Part shown: positions 9,854 through 20,036 of the stretch, piece by piece
Position numbering within the stretch: position 1 is the stretch's first letter
Layout: each line of letters opens with the position of its first letter
DNA from: Promethearchaeota archaeon
GTDB taxonomy: Archaea > Asgardarchaeota > Lokiarchaeia > Sigyniarchaeales > SOKP01
Assembly (NCBI GenBank): GCA_048940925.1
Contig: JBHLOC010000001.1
Location: forward strand, 201,158 to 265,157
Length of the DNA stretch: 64,000 bases
Direction: 5' to 3'
Made by a program: the position numbers and the translations under genes
The notes under the pieces: model-generated
Databases searched by the model: none
The model's input: the letters and a program-made list of their open reading frames with translations, nothing else
What the model was told of the DNA's origin: nothing

Positions 9854-10932
9854 ATCCTATCAAGCTTATATCGTAATATTCCTACTATTGATCCCAGATT
9901 TACTAATTGTTCTCCAGGGATATTTTCTGTACTCATGATGTTTACTGAACCTCCAGAATTTTCCACATTGGTTATAATTTCTTCGATTTTCAGCTTTTGT
10001 TCCTTATCTGTACCTCGAATCAATATATCTGCTATTAAAAGATGTTTAATTGCGCCTCGTTCTGATGCTTTTGAAACTTCGTTAAAACCAATAACCACTA
10101 AATCAGCGTCTTCCCCAAACTGAGAAAGAACCTTTTCAACTAGGTGTGCTTCTTGTAAAATTTTTGCTCTTTTTTTAATGGTAGCTAATTCTTTTGATTT
10201 TAAAGTCTCTATTATAGCACTTTCTGTTCCCGAACTTGCATGAAAAATTTTTATTTTGTTCTTATAAGTTGTAGTGGCTGAATTTTTTATATAATTAATA
10301 AAATGGTTTTTTGTATTTCCAGGTCCACATATTATTATCAAATTTATATCATAAGTCTCTAATTTTTCTTTTAAAATTCTCTCTATATCTCTAAAAAACT
10401 CGATTAATGCCTTATTTCTATAGGTTTGTTTGTATCTTTTACCAGGAATATTCTTTTTTATAGTTGCAACCCTTTCATGTCGAAAGTTAGTTATAAGAGC
10501 TAATGTTGCTAACCCAGTTTCAATGGCAATAATAAAAATAATAAAATTGCTTTCAAATTTTGAGCTTTCTTTCAATCGTCTTATCTCATGATTTAACCAC
10601 TTTTCTTTTATTATAGAAATTATATGGTTTGTTTCTATATTAAATGTGTGATAAGTGCCGTAACTAACAAAATCTTCAGGACCTTCTAATATTCTTCCTT
10701 TTATTCTTAACCGATTTGAGAACTCATGAAAAGAAGTACTTTCAACTTTTAATTTTAATCTCATTATTTTACGATCTCCCTTAGTACCTTCTTTAAGAAC
10801 AACTCTTCTTTGAGTTATAGATGAGACTTCGTCATCTTTACTAATTACATTATATAGCGTCCACAAGTCGTTAAGACTTTCAGTTTGAACTGTAATTTCA
10901 CTCCGTTTTTGATTGATACTTAAAATTTTCAA
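9850..10932 (-). CDS. pelA: mRNA surveillance protein Pelota/Dom34
   Basis: ESLNDLWTLYNVI, RLRIKG, YHTFNI, IPGKR, GILRY. Confidence 0.95.
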   Translation of the reverse strand: MKILSINQKRSEITVQTESLNDLWTLYNVISKDDEVSSITQRRVVLKEGTKGDRKIMRLKLKVESTSFHEFSNRLRIKGRILEGPEDFVSYGTYHTFNIETNHIISIIKEKWLNHEIRRLKESSKFESNFIIFIIAIETGLATLALITNFRHERVATIKKNIPGKRYKQTYRNKALIEFFRDIERILKEKLETYDINLIIICGPGNTKNHFINYIKNSATTTYKNKIKIFHASSGTESAIIETLKSKELATIKKRAKILQEAHLVEKVLSQFGEDADLVVIGFNEVSKASERGAIKHLLIADILIRGTDKEQKLKIEEIITNVENSGGSVNIMSTENIPGEQLVNLGSIVGILRYKLDRI

Positions 10933-11073
10933 AACTTGAATCTAACTCTTAAGGAGATACTTTTACTTAAAATTAATATACAGTATAAGATAAGCTTAAT
11001 TTTATATTAAATCCATAAAAAATAAATTAAAATAAATAAAAAAAGAGAAACATAATCATTAAAAACAAAATTT

Positions 11074-11229
11074 TTAGTCTTTTGCCCCTAAAGCTTCTTT
11101 AACTTTCTCTAATTCTTCCATGCGTTTCTTCTTCTCTTCCTCTCTCTTTCTTAGCTCTTCTTCATCAACTTTCTGAAGTGAAACACCTTTTTTAATTTCA
11201 TCTTGAAGTTCTTTATCTATTGGAGTCAT
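11074..11229 (-). CDS. 51-aa microprotein with WH2-like motif and charged helix
   Basis: Manual translation MTPIDKELQDEIKKGVSLQKVDEEELRKREEEKKKRMEELEKVKEALGAKD; fills the rimI-pelA gap; GGTG upstream. Confidence 0.75.
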   Translation of the reverse strand: MTPIDKELQDEIKKGVSLQKVDEEELRKREEEKKKRMEELEKVKEALGAKD

Positions 11230-11303
11230 TTTAATTTAACACCATTTCTTTTATATTAATGTAAAAAAATTAATTTTAATACTTACAGTTATTATAATAG
11301 AAT

Positions 11304-11780
11304 TTATTTATAAGTTTTAGTTTGTAGAGAGACCATATTCAATTCCATTAAAAATGCAGATTCTCCCGATTGATAATAATTTTCTAATATTTCTGGATTT
11401 TTTTTGAATTTAAATTTTTCATACAATTTAATCGCAATGTTATTATTAACTTGAACGTTTAAAATTACTTTTGTTATTTCATTTAATTTTCTTATATATT
11501 CTATTGCTTTTTGTAGAAGCAATGTCCCGTATCCTCTTTTTTGAAAATCTGGATTAATGAGAAAGTTAACTATATTCGCTTTGTCTTTATTTTCTTTTAT
11601 AACAACAATAAAACCGACTATTTTCTTTCTAAATTTACCGATCACTAATTTTAGAAACAAAAAATTATTAGATATCAAATTGCTCAATAAATCCTTAGAA
11701 AAGGCATTTACTCCAAACACACTTTGTTCAAGCTGATATATCTTCTTTAAATCCCGAAATTTCACCTTTCTAATTTTCAT
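11304..11780 (-). CDS. rimI: GNAT N-acetyltransferase (RimI/Ard1 family)
   Basis: FQKRGYG, NNIAIKLYEKF, YYQSGESA. Confidence 0.88.
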   Translation of the reverse strand: MKIRKVKFRDLKKIYQLEQSVFGVNAFSKDLLSNLISNNFLFLKLVIGKFRKKIVGFIVVIKENKDKANIVNFLINPDFQKRGYGTLLLQKAIEYIRKLNEITKVILNVQVNNNIAIKLYEKFKFKKNPEILENYYQSGESAFLMELNMVSLQTKTYK

Positions 11781-12922
11781 TAAATCCCAAATTCTTTTTT
11801 AAAAAGTTTTATTGGAGTTTTTTCTGTTATTTGTTGATAAATTGGATTTCGAAAAGGAGTCATTTCTATAATAAAACCCTTTAATTGAAACTTATCAATT
11901 AAGGATGTTATTTTCCTATTGATTGAAACATATAAGGGAATTTTTATAATATCACCTGTAAAGTTTATTAAATCCTTTTTAATTTTAAATTCTGATAACA
12001 AAATGTTATAAAATTCGTTTAATTTTTCATTTTCACCCTCAATTTGAGCAAATAATAACAATCCTTCATTACTAATCACTTCAAGGGGCAATTTAATGTT
12101 TTTAGCTCTTTTGATATATCTATTTTTTAATTGATAATAGTCTTTTGCTCTGATTGAGCAGTAATGTATTTTTAAAGAGACTTTTGAACTTAACTTATTC
12201 AGAATATTAAGAGCAGTTTCATTGCTATTAACTACAGATGCTATTGTTCCTTCTTTTAAAGTAAAACCTCGAGCTTTTAATGACCAACTGTTAGGAAAAC
12301 AATATTCAAATTCATTTAAATTAATGAAGCTAACACCAATATTATCTAAATAAAGTACAAATTCTTCGAGATTTTTTATGTTATCTTCACTTGGAATAAC
12401 AGGAACTTCTGCACCAACAGATATACCTCTATCTAATGCTTTTTCTATTTTTGACCATCGATCTTTAGGGGGATGGAATCTTATTTCATCTAAACCTGCA
12501 GCAACGAGAAGTTCGACAATTTTATCATTGAAATTAATCCCGTTTGTATAGAGATGAATATGAAATTTCTTGCCAAATTCAGATTTAGTAAATTTAATAT
12601 AGTTAAGGGTTTTATCTATATTCGAATCTAAAAGTGGTTCACCCCCAGTAATACTCATCCCTTTAGCATCGACCTTGTAAACTTCTTCTAATAAATCCTC
12701 TTTAGAATTAATCTTTACTTCATTGATAAAAGTTATATCCATATCTCTCCTTTCTCTCGAAATAGGACAATACCATGAACAATGATCTGGTTTTTGACAA
12801 ATACCATTTAGAAATAATACTGCTTTTGCACCTTGTAAGCAATATTTACAACCTTTAGGTATTCCTCTTCCCTTAATGAAAAATGTCTTTTCTTTAGATT
12901 CTATAATTTTGGATTTTCTCAT
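11780..12922 (-). CDS. Archaeal radical SAM protein (COG2108-like)
   Basis: PKGCKYC, CQKPDHCSWYCP, ITGGEP, LDEIRFHP. Confidence 0.88.
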   Translation of the reverse strand: MRKSKIIESKEKTFFIKGRGIPKGCKYCLQGAKAVLFLNGICQKPDHCSWYCPISRERRDMDITFINEVKINSKEDLLEEVYKVDAKGMSITGGEPLLDSNIDKTLNYIKFTKSEFGKKFHIHLYTNGINFNDKIVELLVAAGLDEIRFHPPKDRWSKIEKALDRGISVGAEVPVIPSEDNIKNLEEFVLYLDNIGVSFINLNEFEYCFPNSWSLKARGFTLKEGTIASVVNSNETALNILNKLSSKVSLKIHYCSIRAKDYYQLKNRYIKRAKNIKLPLEVISNEGLLLFAQIEGENEKLNEFYNILLSEFKIKKDLINFTGDIIKIPLYVSINRKITSLIDKFQLKGFIIEMTPFRNPIYQQITEKTPIKLFKKEFGI

Positions 12923-13626
12923 ATTTTAAATAATTTTTTTCTTACAATAGATTTCTGTTTAGCTAGTTTTTTAATCGCATCTTCAGTTGACTCATTTATT
13001 TGGATCTGCCTTTTTAAAAAAACTCCTGTTCTCCCATGCTTATTTCTTCTAACTAATACTTTTTTACGCTCATTTATAGTATTAATACTGATTCCCACTT
13101 CTTTTGCCGCAAGGGCTTCATTTCCAATGATAGAAATTTCCTCATGTCCTTTAATGCTTGGTTTGATTAAAACTAATCTCTTATCTATACCTGGGACTCT
13201 GATATCTAATTTAAGTTGATTAAAATTTATCTTCCCTCCAAAATCATAAAATTCTATGTAATTTTTGTCCGGTTTAGACAACGGAATAGTTATAGACTCT
13301 AACTCGCTTAAATGAATATACAATTTTATTGTATCGAGAGGGGTTGCCATGATTATTTCTTTAAAATACTTTTCATAACCATATTTATTCAAAAGAATTT
13401 CAATTTTAAAAGATGGGATCTTTCGAAGAAAAATTACATCAAAATCACTTGATTCATTTACATCTCCACGTGCAATACTTCCATGAATAAATGGATTGAA
13501 GCCTTCTTTAACAAAAATTTCTAATAAAGATATTGCTTCAGTTCTTTTTCTTTTTAATACAGACCAGTCATCATTCGTATATATTATATCACTGTAATGT
13601 TCTCTTAAGATTTTCTTGCTTGTCAT
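12919..13626 (-). CDS. Nucleotidyltransferase-domain protein (COG2413-like)
   Basis: HGSIARGDV..SDFD; RVPGIDKRL; GRTGVF. Confidence 0.88.
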   Translation of the reverse strand: MTSKKILREHYSDIIYTNDDWSVLKRKRTEAISLLEIFVKEGFNPFIHGSIARGDVNESSDFDVIFLRKIPSFKIEILLNKYGYEKYFKEIIMATPLDTIKLYIHLSELESITIPLSKPDKNYIEFYDFGGKINFNQLKLDIRVPGIDKRLVLIKPSIKGHEEISIIGNEALAAKEVGISINTINERKKVLVRRNKHGRTGVFLKRQIQINESTEDAIKKLAKQKSIVRKKLFKI

Positions 13627-13636
13627 TAATGAATAT

Positions 13637-14473
13637 TCAATTTTTATAATTGTTTAAATTATCTTCTATTAAATCTATAATTATACCTAAAAGAAGAGTT
13701 TCATAATATTTAAAAGATCTATTGGCTTTCTCTAATATTATTACTTTTGGTTTATCTGTTCTTCTTTTTTTAAGTTCTCGCTGAAAAATCTTTAGATTTT
13801 TGTTTTTAAAAAGAAAAATAGAATTTTTACTAAAAACAATAGATAATTGGTGATTGGGAGTTGATCGATCAAACAAATTTTGATAATGATTGATATTAAA
13901 GATATTCACTTTTGGATTGATCAATATTATTCCTAAGTTTTTTACATCAGCGAGAAAACGATGATAAGAAAATGAAGAATTATAGTAATTTAGCATAATA
14001 AAATTAGATTGAGTTATAAGATTCTTATTTTGAAAGTAATTGATAATTTTGATTATAAATGAATTCATTTCCTCAGATATGATATTATTTAAAAGATTGT
14101 ACTTTTTATTACGTTTAATTTTTATTTCTATATTAATTACATTGAATCCATAGCTACATAAGCCTTCATTCAAGATATTGACAAGCTTTTTTTTAAAATT
14201 AGTTCTTAAAATTAAGATAAGAGGAAGTTTGCTAGTTTCTTTCCTTCTAGAACAATTTTTAATTAAATAGCTATATTTCCTTTTAATTAACTGATTTTTG
14301 TTATTCTCAATTACTTCTGGAAAAGCATAGTATTCTAATGCTTCATTAGAGAAACTTAAACGCCATCGATGAGTTGATTTGAATATTTTTACACCTATTA
14401 GAAGTAAGAATAATAAAACAATTATAACTGTATCAATAAAAATCCAATCTATTTGAAAAACATCACTTACCAT
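13637..14473 (-). CDS. Membrane-anchored hypothetical protein, possibly degenerate alpha/beta-hydrolase fold
   Basis: N-terminal hydrophobic helix; no intact catalytic motif seen. Confidence 0.6.
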   Translation of the reverse strand: MVSDVFQIDWIFIDTVIIVLLFLLLIGVKIFKSTHRWRLSFSNEALEYYAFPEVIENNKNQLIKRKYSYLIKNCSRRKETSKLPLILILRTNFKKKLVNILNEGLCSYGFNVINIEIKIKRNKKYNLLNNIISEEMNSFIIKIINYFQNKNLITQSNFIMLNYYNSSFSYHRFLADVKNLGIILINPKVNIFNINHYQNLFDRSTPNHQLSIVFSKNSIFLFKNKNLKIFQRELKKRRTDKPKVIILEKANRSFKYYETLLLGIIIDLIEDNLNNYKN

Positions 14474-14497
14474 GATTATAAATAAATAATTTTTAAT

Positions 14498-14812
14498 TCA
14501 ATCAACAACATCTTTAATCCAATTTAAATATTTCAACGATCCTTTTTCAATTTTTAGACCAATGCATTCAGGATTCTCATAGGAATGAATTTTGGTAATT
14601 TTTTGAATTAATAAGTCACTCTTCTCTTCTGTGGTTTTAATCAGTAATAAATGCTCATTATCCTCCTCAATTTCTCCCTTCCATCTATATATTGAATATA
14701 TGTTTTTAATAATGTTTACACAAGCCACAAGTTTGCTTTCTACTAATTTCCTTGCAATTTTCTGCCCTTCATCAATATTTGGAACAGTTACTAAGAAAAG
14801 ATAATATATCAT
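14498..14812 (-). CDS. cutA: Divalent cation tolerance protein CutA
   Basis: LVACVN, SIYRWKG, IKT, HSYENPE. Confidence 0.95.
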   Translation of the reverse strand: MIYYLFLVTVPNIDEGQKIARKLVESKLVACVNIIKNIYSIYRWKGEIEEDNEHLLLIKTTEEKSDLLIQKITKIHSYENPECIGLKIEKGSLKYLNWIKDVVD

Positions 14813-14904
14813 GGTAGATTTTTATTATATTTTTAGTTCAGATTAATACATTAGTTGATGTCAATTTATATAAAAGTTATTTCATTTTAAACTTAAAAAT
14901 TCTT

Positions 14905-17571
14905 TTGTATTTTTATTCTACTTTTTTAGTTTTGGTGAGAAAATTGGTAAAAGTCGAAAAAATTTCATTAGCTGGATATTGGGAACTAAAAAATTCTGAA
15001 AAAACAGTTAAAATAGATGCTCAAGTACCTGGAACTGTTTTTGAAGCATTACTTGAAAATAATATAATAGAAGATCCTTTTTATGGTGAGAATGAGCATG
15101 AGATGAGATGGGTTTATGAATCTAATTGGATATATGAAAAAGAATTCAACTTAGATCCAGAATTTTTAGAATATAAGCATATCATATTACGGTTCAATGG
15201 TTTAGACACTATAGCAGAGGTGAAGTTAAATGGTGAATCTATTGGTTCTGTTAATAACATGTTTGTCAGATATGATTTTGAGGTGAAATCTAAATTAATA
15301 CAATCAGTAAATAAAATACTAATCAATTTTATGAGTCCTACTGTAATAAGTCGTGAATATATAGATAAAAATAAGATAAAATTAAACACAGGTTACGCAA
15401 CAATCCCAGGAATTCCTTATTTGAGGAAAGCGCAGTATTCTTTTGGTTGGGACTGGGGACCGAAATTACCAGATATCGGAATATGGAAAACAGTTGACTT
15501 AATAGCATTTGATGATATTAAAATCAATTCAGTTTTTCCCTATGCACATCTCGAATATAATAAAGATCCATTGAATATTAGTGATCCTGCTGAATTTTCT
15601 AAGATTCAAGTAAAATCGGCAAAATTATTCATAGAAATTAATTTAGCAACAAATGTTGAATCTATTCGCGGAATTGGGTGTAAAATTAAGGCAAAATTAA
15701 TCACACCAAAGGATGAAATTATTGTAAAGGAAATCCCTCTGAGTGAGAAAAAGGAAACACTCAGCTTTGAAATTAAAAATCCTTTCCTATGGTGGACACA
15801 CGATCTTGGTATTCCAAATCTTTATATACTGGAAGTTTCAATCTTAAAAAATGGAGTTTTAGAAAAGATAACTCAAAAGATAGGATTACGAGATGTTCAA
15901 CTTATTAGAAAATCTGATAAGTGGGGAGAAACTTTCTATTTTCTTCTAAACGGAATTCCTGTCTTTGCGAAGGGTGCAAATTGGATTCCTATAGATAGTT
16001 TTATCCCAAGAGGTAAAAAGCTAAAGCTTTATTCTATGAATTTAAATTTTGCTAAGAAAGTTAATATGAACATGATTCGTGTTTGGGGTGGGGGAATTTA
16101 TGAGGATGAGTCTTTTTATGACTTGTGCGATGAATTGGGTATTTTAGTATGGCAAGATTTCCCATTTGCTTGTGCGATTTATCCATTTAATGAGGACTTT
16201 ATTGAGAACGTTGAAAATGAGTTAATTCAAAATATAAAGAGGCTAAGAAGACATCCTAGTATTGCTTTATGGTGTGGTAATAATGAGATTGAATGGGGTT
16301 GGAGACGATATATAAAGAATTCAGGGCTTGCAAAAAATAAAAGAGAAAAAACTCATTTTTTAAAAAATTTTTATTTAAGAATATTTGAAGAGATTTTACC
16401 TCAATTAATTAAGAAATTTGACCCAACTCGCCCTTATTGGCCTAGTTCACCATCAAGTGGGTTCAACACTGAAAATTTTTTATTAAGGAATTCAAATAAT
16501 CCCAATGCCGGAGATTCACACTACTGGGCAGTATGGCATGGAAATATGCCATTCTCTGCATATAGAGAGTTTAACTCTCGTTTTATGTCCGAATTTGGCT
16601 TTGAATCTTTTCCTTCTTTGAAAACTATTCAAAAATTTTGTCCATTTGATCAATATGATTTTGACTCCCCAATTATGGAGAACCATCAGAAAAACTCAGC
16701 TGGCAATCAGAAAATAATGGATTATATGGATAAGCGTTTTTCTATCCCACAAGAATTTGAACATCAAATAATCTTGTCACAAATTACTCAAGCAGAAGCA
16801 ATAGAATATGGTGTTGAACATTGGAGACAAAATCGTACTGACTATCATTGTATGGGATCTCTTTATTGGCAACTTAATGATTGTTGGCCTGTTGTTAGTT
16901 GGTCCTCACTTGATTATTATGGGAGATGGAAAGCTCTTCAATATTTTGCAAAAAGGTTTTATCAACCAATTTTCGCTAGTGTAAAAGAGTCTCCTCATGA
17001 AATTGAATTTTGGGTGACAAATGATTTAAGAAGGTCTTACGATATTCAGTTAGACTGGAAAATTCTTAATTCGGAGGGAAATACACTTATGAAAGGAATT
17101 TATGATTCTAAAATTTCTCCTTGTACTTCTTTAAAACTAGGATTAGAGGATGTTAGTAATATTAACAAAGATCAATTTAGCATGCAAAATAATATTATCT
17201 TCTATAAATTATATTCTATGAATGGAAAGAAAATATTAATATACAGAGGATTTCGTTTATTTGATGCACCGAAATTCTTTATTTTAAGAGATCCAGAAAT
17301 ATCAATGACTTTTAAATATATTAAAGAAGAAAAGAATAAGAAACTTCAATTTAAAATAAAATTAAAAGTTAAGTGTATTGCTTTATATGTCTATATTGAC
17401 TCTGATTTAGTTGATTTTATAGCCTCTGATAACTTTTTTTCTATGGAACCTAATGAAACTAGAGATATAGATGTTGAAATCGTAAGTGGTCTTGAAACAG
17501 TTAGTAATCATTCGAAACAGGATATTATAAAATCTTTCAAGATTCAATCTCTTTATGATATTATTAAATAA
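14905..17571 (+). CDS. Beta-mannosidase (GH2); true start probably slightly downstream
   Basis: RKAQYSFGWDWGP, KGANWIP, RVWGGGIYE, WCGNNE, RFMSEFG, YWQLNDCWP. Confidence 0.92.
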   Translation: MYFYSTFLVLVRKLVKVEKISLAGYWELKNSEKTVKIDAQVPGTVFEALLENNIIEDPFYGENEHEMRWVYESNWIYEKEFNLDPEFLEYKHIILRFNGLDTIAEVKLNGESIGSVNNMFVRYDFEVKSKLIQSVNKILINFMSPTVISREYIDKNKIKLNTGYATIPGIPYLRKAQYSFGWDWGPKLPDIGIWKTVDLIAFDDIKINSVFPYAHLEYNKDPLNISDPAEFSKIQVKSAKLFIEINLATNVESIRGIGCKIKAKLITPKDEIIVKEIPLSEKKETLSFEIKNPFLWWTHDLGIPNLYILEVSILKNGVLEKITQKIGLRDVQLIRKSDKWGETFYFLLNGIPVFAKGANWIPIDSFIPRGKKLKLYSMNLNFAKKVNMNMIRVWGGGIYEDESFYDLCDELGILVWQDFPFACAIYPFNEDFIENVENELIQNIKRLRRHPSIALWCGNNEIEWGWRRYIKNSGLAKNKREKTHFLKNFYLRIFEEILPQLIKKFDPTRPYWPSSPSSGFNTENFLLRNSNNPNAGDSHYWAVWHGNMPFSAYREFNSRFMSEFGFESFPSLKTIQKFCPFDQYDFDSPIMENHQKNSAGNQKIMDYMDKRFSIPQEFEHQIILSQITQAEAIEYGVEHWRQNRTDYHCMGSLYWQLNDCWPVVSWSSLDYYGRWKALQYFAKRFYQPIFASVKESPHEIEFWVTNDLRRSYDIQLDWKILNSEGNTLMKGIYDSKISPCTSLKLGLEDVSNINKDQFSMQNNIIFYKLYSMNGKKILIYRGFRLFDAPKFFILRDPEISMTFKYIKEEKNKKLQFKIKLKVKCIALYVYIDSDLVDFIASDNFFSMEPNETRDIDVEIVSGLETVSNHSKQDIIKSFKIQSLYDIIK

Positions 17572-17671
17572 ATTTCATTTTTTTAGTGTTCATGAAGAGA
17601 TTTAAATTATCATAATCTTATTAAATATACATTAAGAATAAAGTTATAAAATTAGTGTCGAGGTTTTATAT

Positions 17672-18397
17672 TTGTTACACAATTTTTACTTGATTCATCA
17701 ACACACAGGAATCTGTCTCATTCATAGGAAATATGGGACAATTGAGTTTAACCAAGACTTAGTAAGCGGTTTTCTAACTGCACTTAAAGATTTTTCAGTT
17801 GAATTCTCCAAGGGTTCAGGAGAATTAAAAGTTATAGATATGCAAGTATTTTATCTTCTGCTTGTTTTTAAGGAAGGTGTTTTATGTACAGCTGCAGCAG
17901 ATAAAAATGATGATGCGAAGATCACTCATAAAGCTTTAACAGACATAATTGACAAATTCATCGTTAAATTTGGAGATACTCTTAAGGAATGGTCTGGTGA
18001 TGTTCGCATCTTTCGTGAATTCGAACAGGTGATTGATAATGTTTTAATTAATGGAAAGGTTGCTGAAATTAAGCTTACAATTCCAATTCTTAAAATATTC
18101 AAAAAAGACTTTCTTAAATCTCAGAAAAGGATTGCTAAAAAAGGTCTAGTTTTATCAGAGGAAGACTTGCGAGTAGTAAGTGAAAAGAAACCAGAATGGA
18201 CATTAAAGAGATTACCAAAGCAGGTTATTACACAAGGATTTTTAGATGAAATAGAATATAAAATTGCCCATCTAGCTGATGGATTTCACACTATCCCTGA
18301 GATTGCTGAAGAGTCTGGTAAACCAGAATCACAAATTCAGAGAATTATAAAAAATTTGGATGATTTAGATTTGATTTCTTATATTGAAATTAAATGA
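17672..18397 (+). CDS. Longin-like domain + C-terminal winged HTH
   Basis: FYLI..GICLI..DLVSGFLTAL..F; DGFHTIPEIAEE..IIKNLDDLDLI. Confidence 0.75.
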   Translation: MLHNFYLIHQHTGICLIHRKYGTIEFNQDLVSGFLTALKDFSVEFSKGSGELKVIDMQVFYLLLVFKEGVLCTAAADKNDDAKITHKALTDIIDKFIVKFGDTLKEWSGDVRIFREFEQVIDNVLINGKVAEIKLTIPILKIFKKDFLKSQKRIAKKGLVLSEEDLRVVSEKKPEWTLKRLPKQVITQGFLDEIEYKIAHLADGFHTIPEIAEESGKPESQIQRIIKNLDDLDLISYIEIK

Positions 18398-18556
18398 TAG
18401 TGAACTTATTCTTTAGGTTATAATTAATTTCAAAATTAGTTTTAAGTTGTTAATCAATTTTCCTTGTTCAAATAATTATAGCAAATAATTTAATAGTAAA
18501 ACATTATAGAATTAAATAAAAATATTTTTGAGAGTAGGTTTACTAAATAAATTAGG

Positions 18557-20029
18557 ATGAATGTTATTAAAATTGATGAAAATATATACGAGATTCCCCC
18601 AAAAGCTTTGATGACACGGATTCACGGCAACATTGAAAAATTTCAAATGAGAGTACCAGTAAGGATTTATGCTAATGACTATATTTTAGAAAAAATTAAG
18701 TTAGATCGTACTCTTGATCAAATTTGTAATGTTGCTTGTTTAGAAGGAATAAAAAAACATGCTATTGCATTATCAGATGCACATCAAGGGTATGGTTTTT
18801 GTATTGGAGGTGTTTGTGGTACAGAGGCAGGATCTGGTATGATATCACCTGGAGGTGTAGGATATGATATTAATTGTGGAGTTCGCCTTTTACGTACTAG
18901 TTTAATGTTTAAAGATATTAAAAATAACCTTCCAACCTTGATTAATACGATTTTTAAGAATATCCCTTCAGGTTTAGGATCTAAAGGTAAATTAAATATA
19001 AGCTATTCAGATTTAGATAAAGTTTTAAACGCGGGAGTTAACTGGGCATTAGATAATGACTATGCAATCGAAGAAGATATTAAATTTTTAGAAGAAAATG
19101 GATGTTTGAAAGATGCAGATGCTAGTTTAGTCTCCCAAAAAGCAAAACAACGCGCTATTAAACAATTAGGTTCCTTAGGAAGTGGGAATCATTTCATTGA
19201 AATTCAAAAAGTAGATAAGATTTATAATAATAATGTTGCCAAAAAGCTAGGAATCCTTGAGAACAATCAGATAACATTAATGGTTCATACAGGGAGTAGA
19301 GCTCTAGGTCATCAAGTTTGTACTGATAGTTTACGGAATATTGAGCAAGCAATGAAAAAGTATAAGATTAAAGTTCCAGATAGAGAACTAGCTTGTGTTC
19401 CAGCAGATACACCTGAGGCTCAGAGCTATTTAAAACAAATGGCTTGTGCTGCCAATTTTGGTTTTACTAATCGTCAGTTGATAACTCATTGGATAAGAGA
19501 ATCATTTCAACGAATATTTAGTAATGATATTGATGCTTTAGGACTTCATTTAATATATGGTGTTTGCCATAATATTTTAAAAATAGAGGAACACGAAATT
19601 GATGGCCAAAAGATGAAATTAAACATTCATCGTAAGGGTGCAACTAGAGCTTTTCCGCCAGGTCATCCAGTACTACCCCCAGATTATAAAGAGATTGGTC
19701 AACCTGCTCTGATTCCTGGAACAATGGGCTCAGCCTCTTATTTATGTGTAGGAAAACCAAAAGCAATGGATTTATCCTTTGGATCTACTGCGCATGGATC
19801 TGGTCGTTTAATGTCTAGAACAAAAGCAACTAAAAGATATTGGGGAGCTAAAGTAAAGGAAGATTTAGGAAATAAAGGCATTTTAATTAAAAGCGCATCA
19901 ATGAAAGTTTTGGCCGAAGAGAGTCCTGGAGCTTATAAAGATATTGATCAGGTAGTTCAGGTTAGTCATGATCTTGGAATTGTTGAAAAAATAGTAAAAT
20001 TAGTACCTATCGGAGTTGTGAAAGGATAG
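18557..20029 (+). CDS. rtcB: tRNA-splicing ligase RtcB
   Basis: DAHQGYG, VGYDINCG, GSGNHF, HTGSR, HRKGATR, HGSGR, AYKD. Confidence 0.97.
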   Translation: MNVIKIDENIYEIPPKALMTRIHGNIEKFQMRVPVRIYANDYILEKIKLDRTLDQICNVACLEGIKKHAIALSDAHQGYGFCIGGVCGTEAGSGMISPGGVGYDINCGVRLLRTSLMFKDIKNNLPTLINTIFKNIPSGLGSKGKLNISYSDLDKVLNAGVNWALDNDYAIEEDIKFLEENGCLKDADASLVSQKAKQRAIKQLGSLGSGNHFIEIQKVDKIYNNNVAKKLGILENNQITLMVHTGSRALGHQVCTDSLRNIEQAMKKYKIKVPDRELACVPADTPEAQSYLKQMACAANFGFTNRQLITHWIRESFQRIFSNDIDALGLHLIYGVCHNILKIEEHEIDGQKMKLNIHRKGATRAFPPGHPVLPPDYKEIGQPALIPGTMGSASYLCVGKPKAMDLSFGSTAHGSGRLMSRTKATKRYWGAKVKEDLGNKGILIKSASMKVLAEESPGAYKDIDQVVQVSHDLGIVEKIVKLVPIGVVKG

Positions 20030-20036
20030 CTAAATT

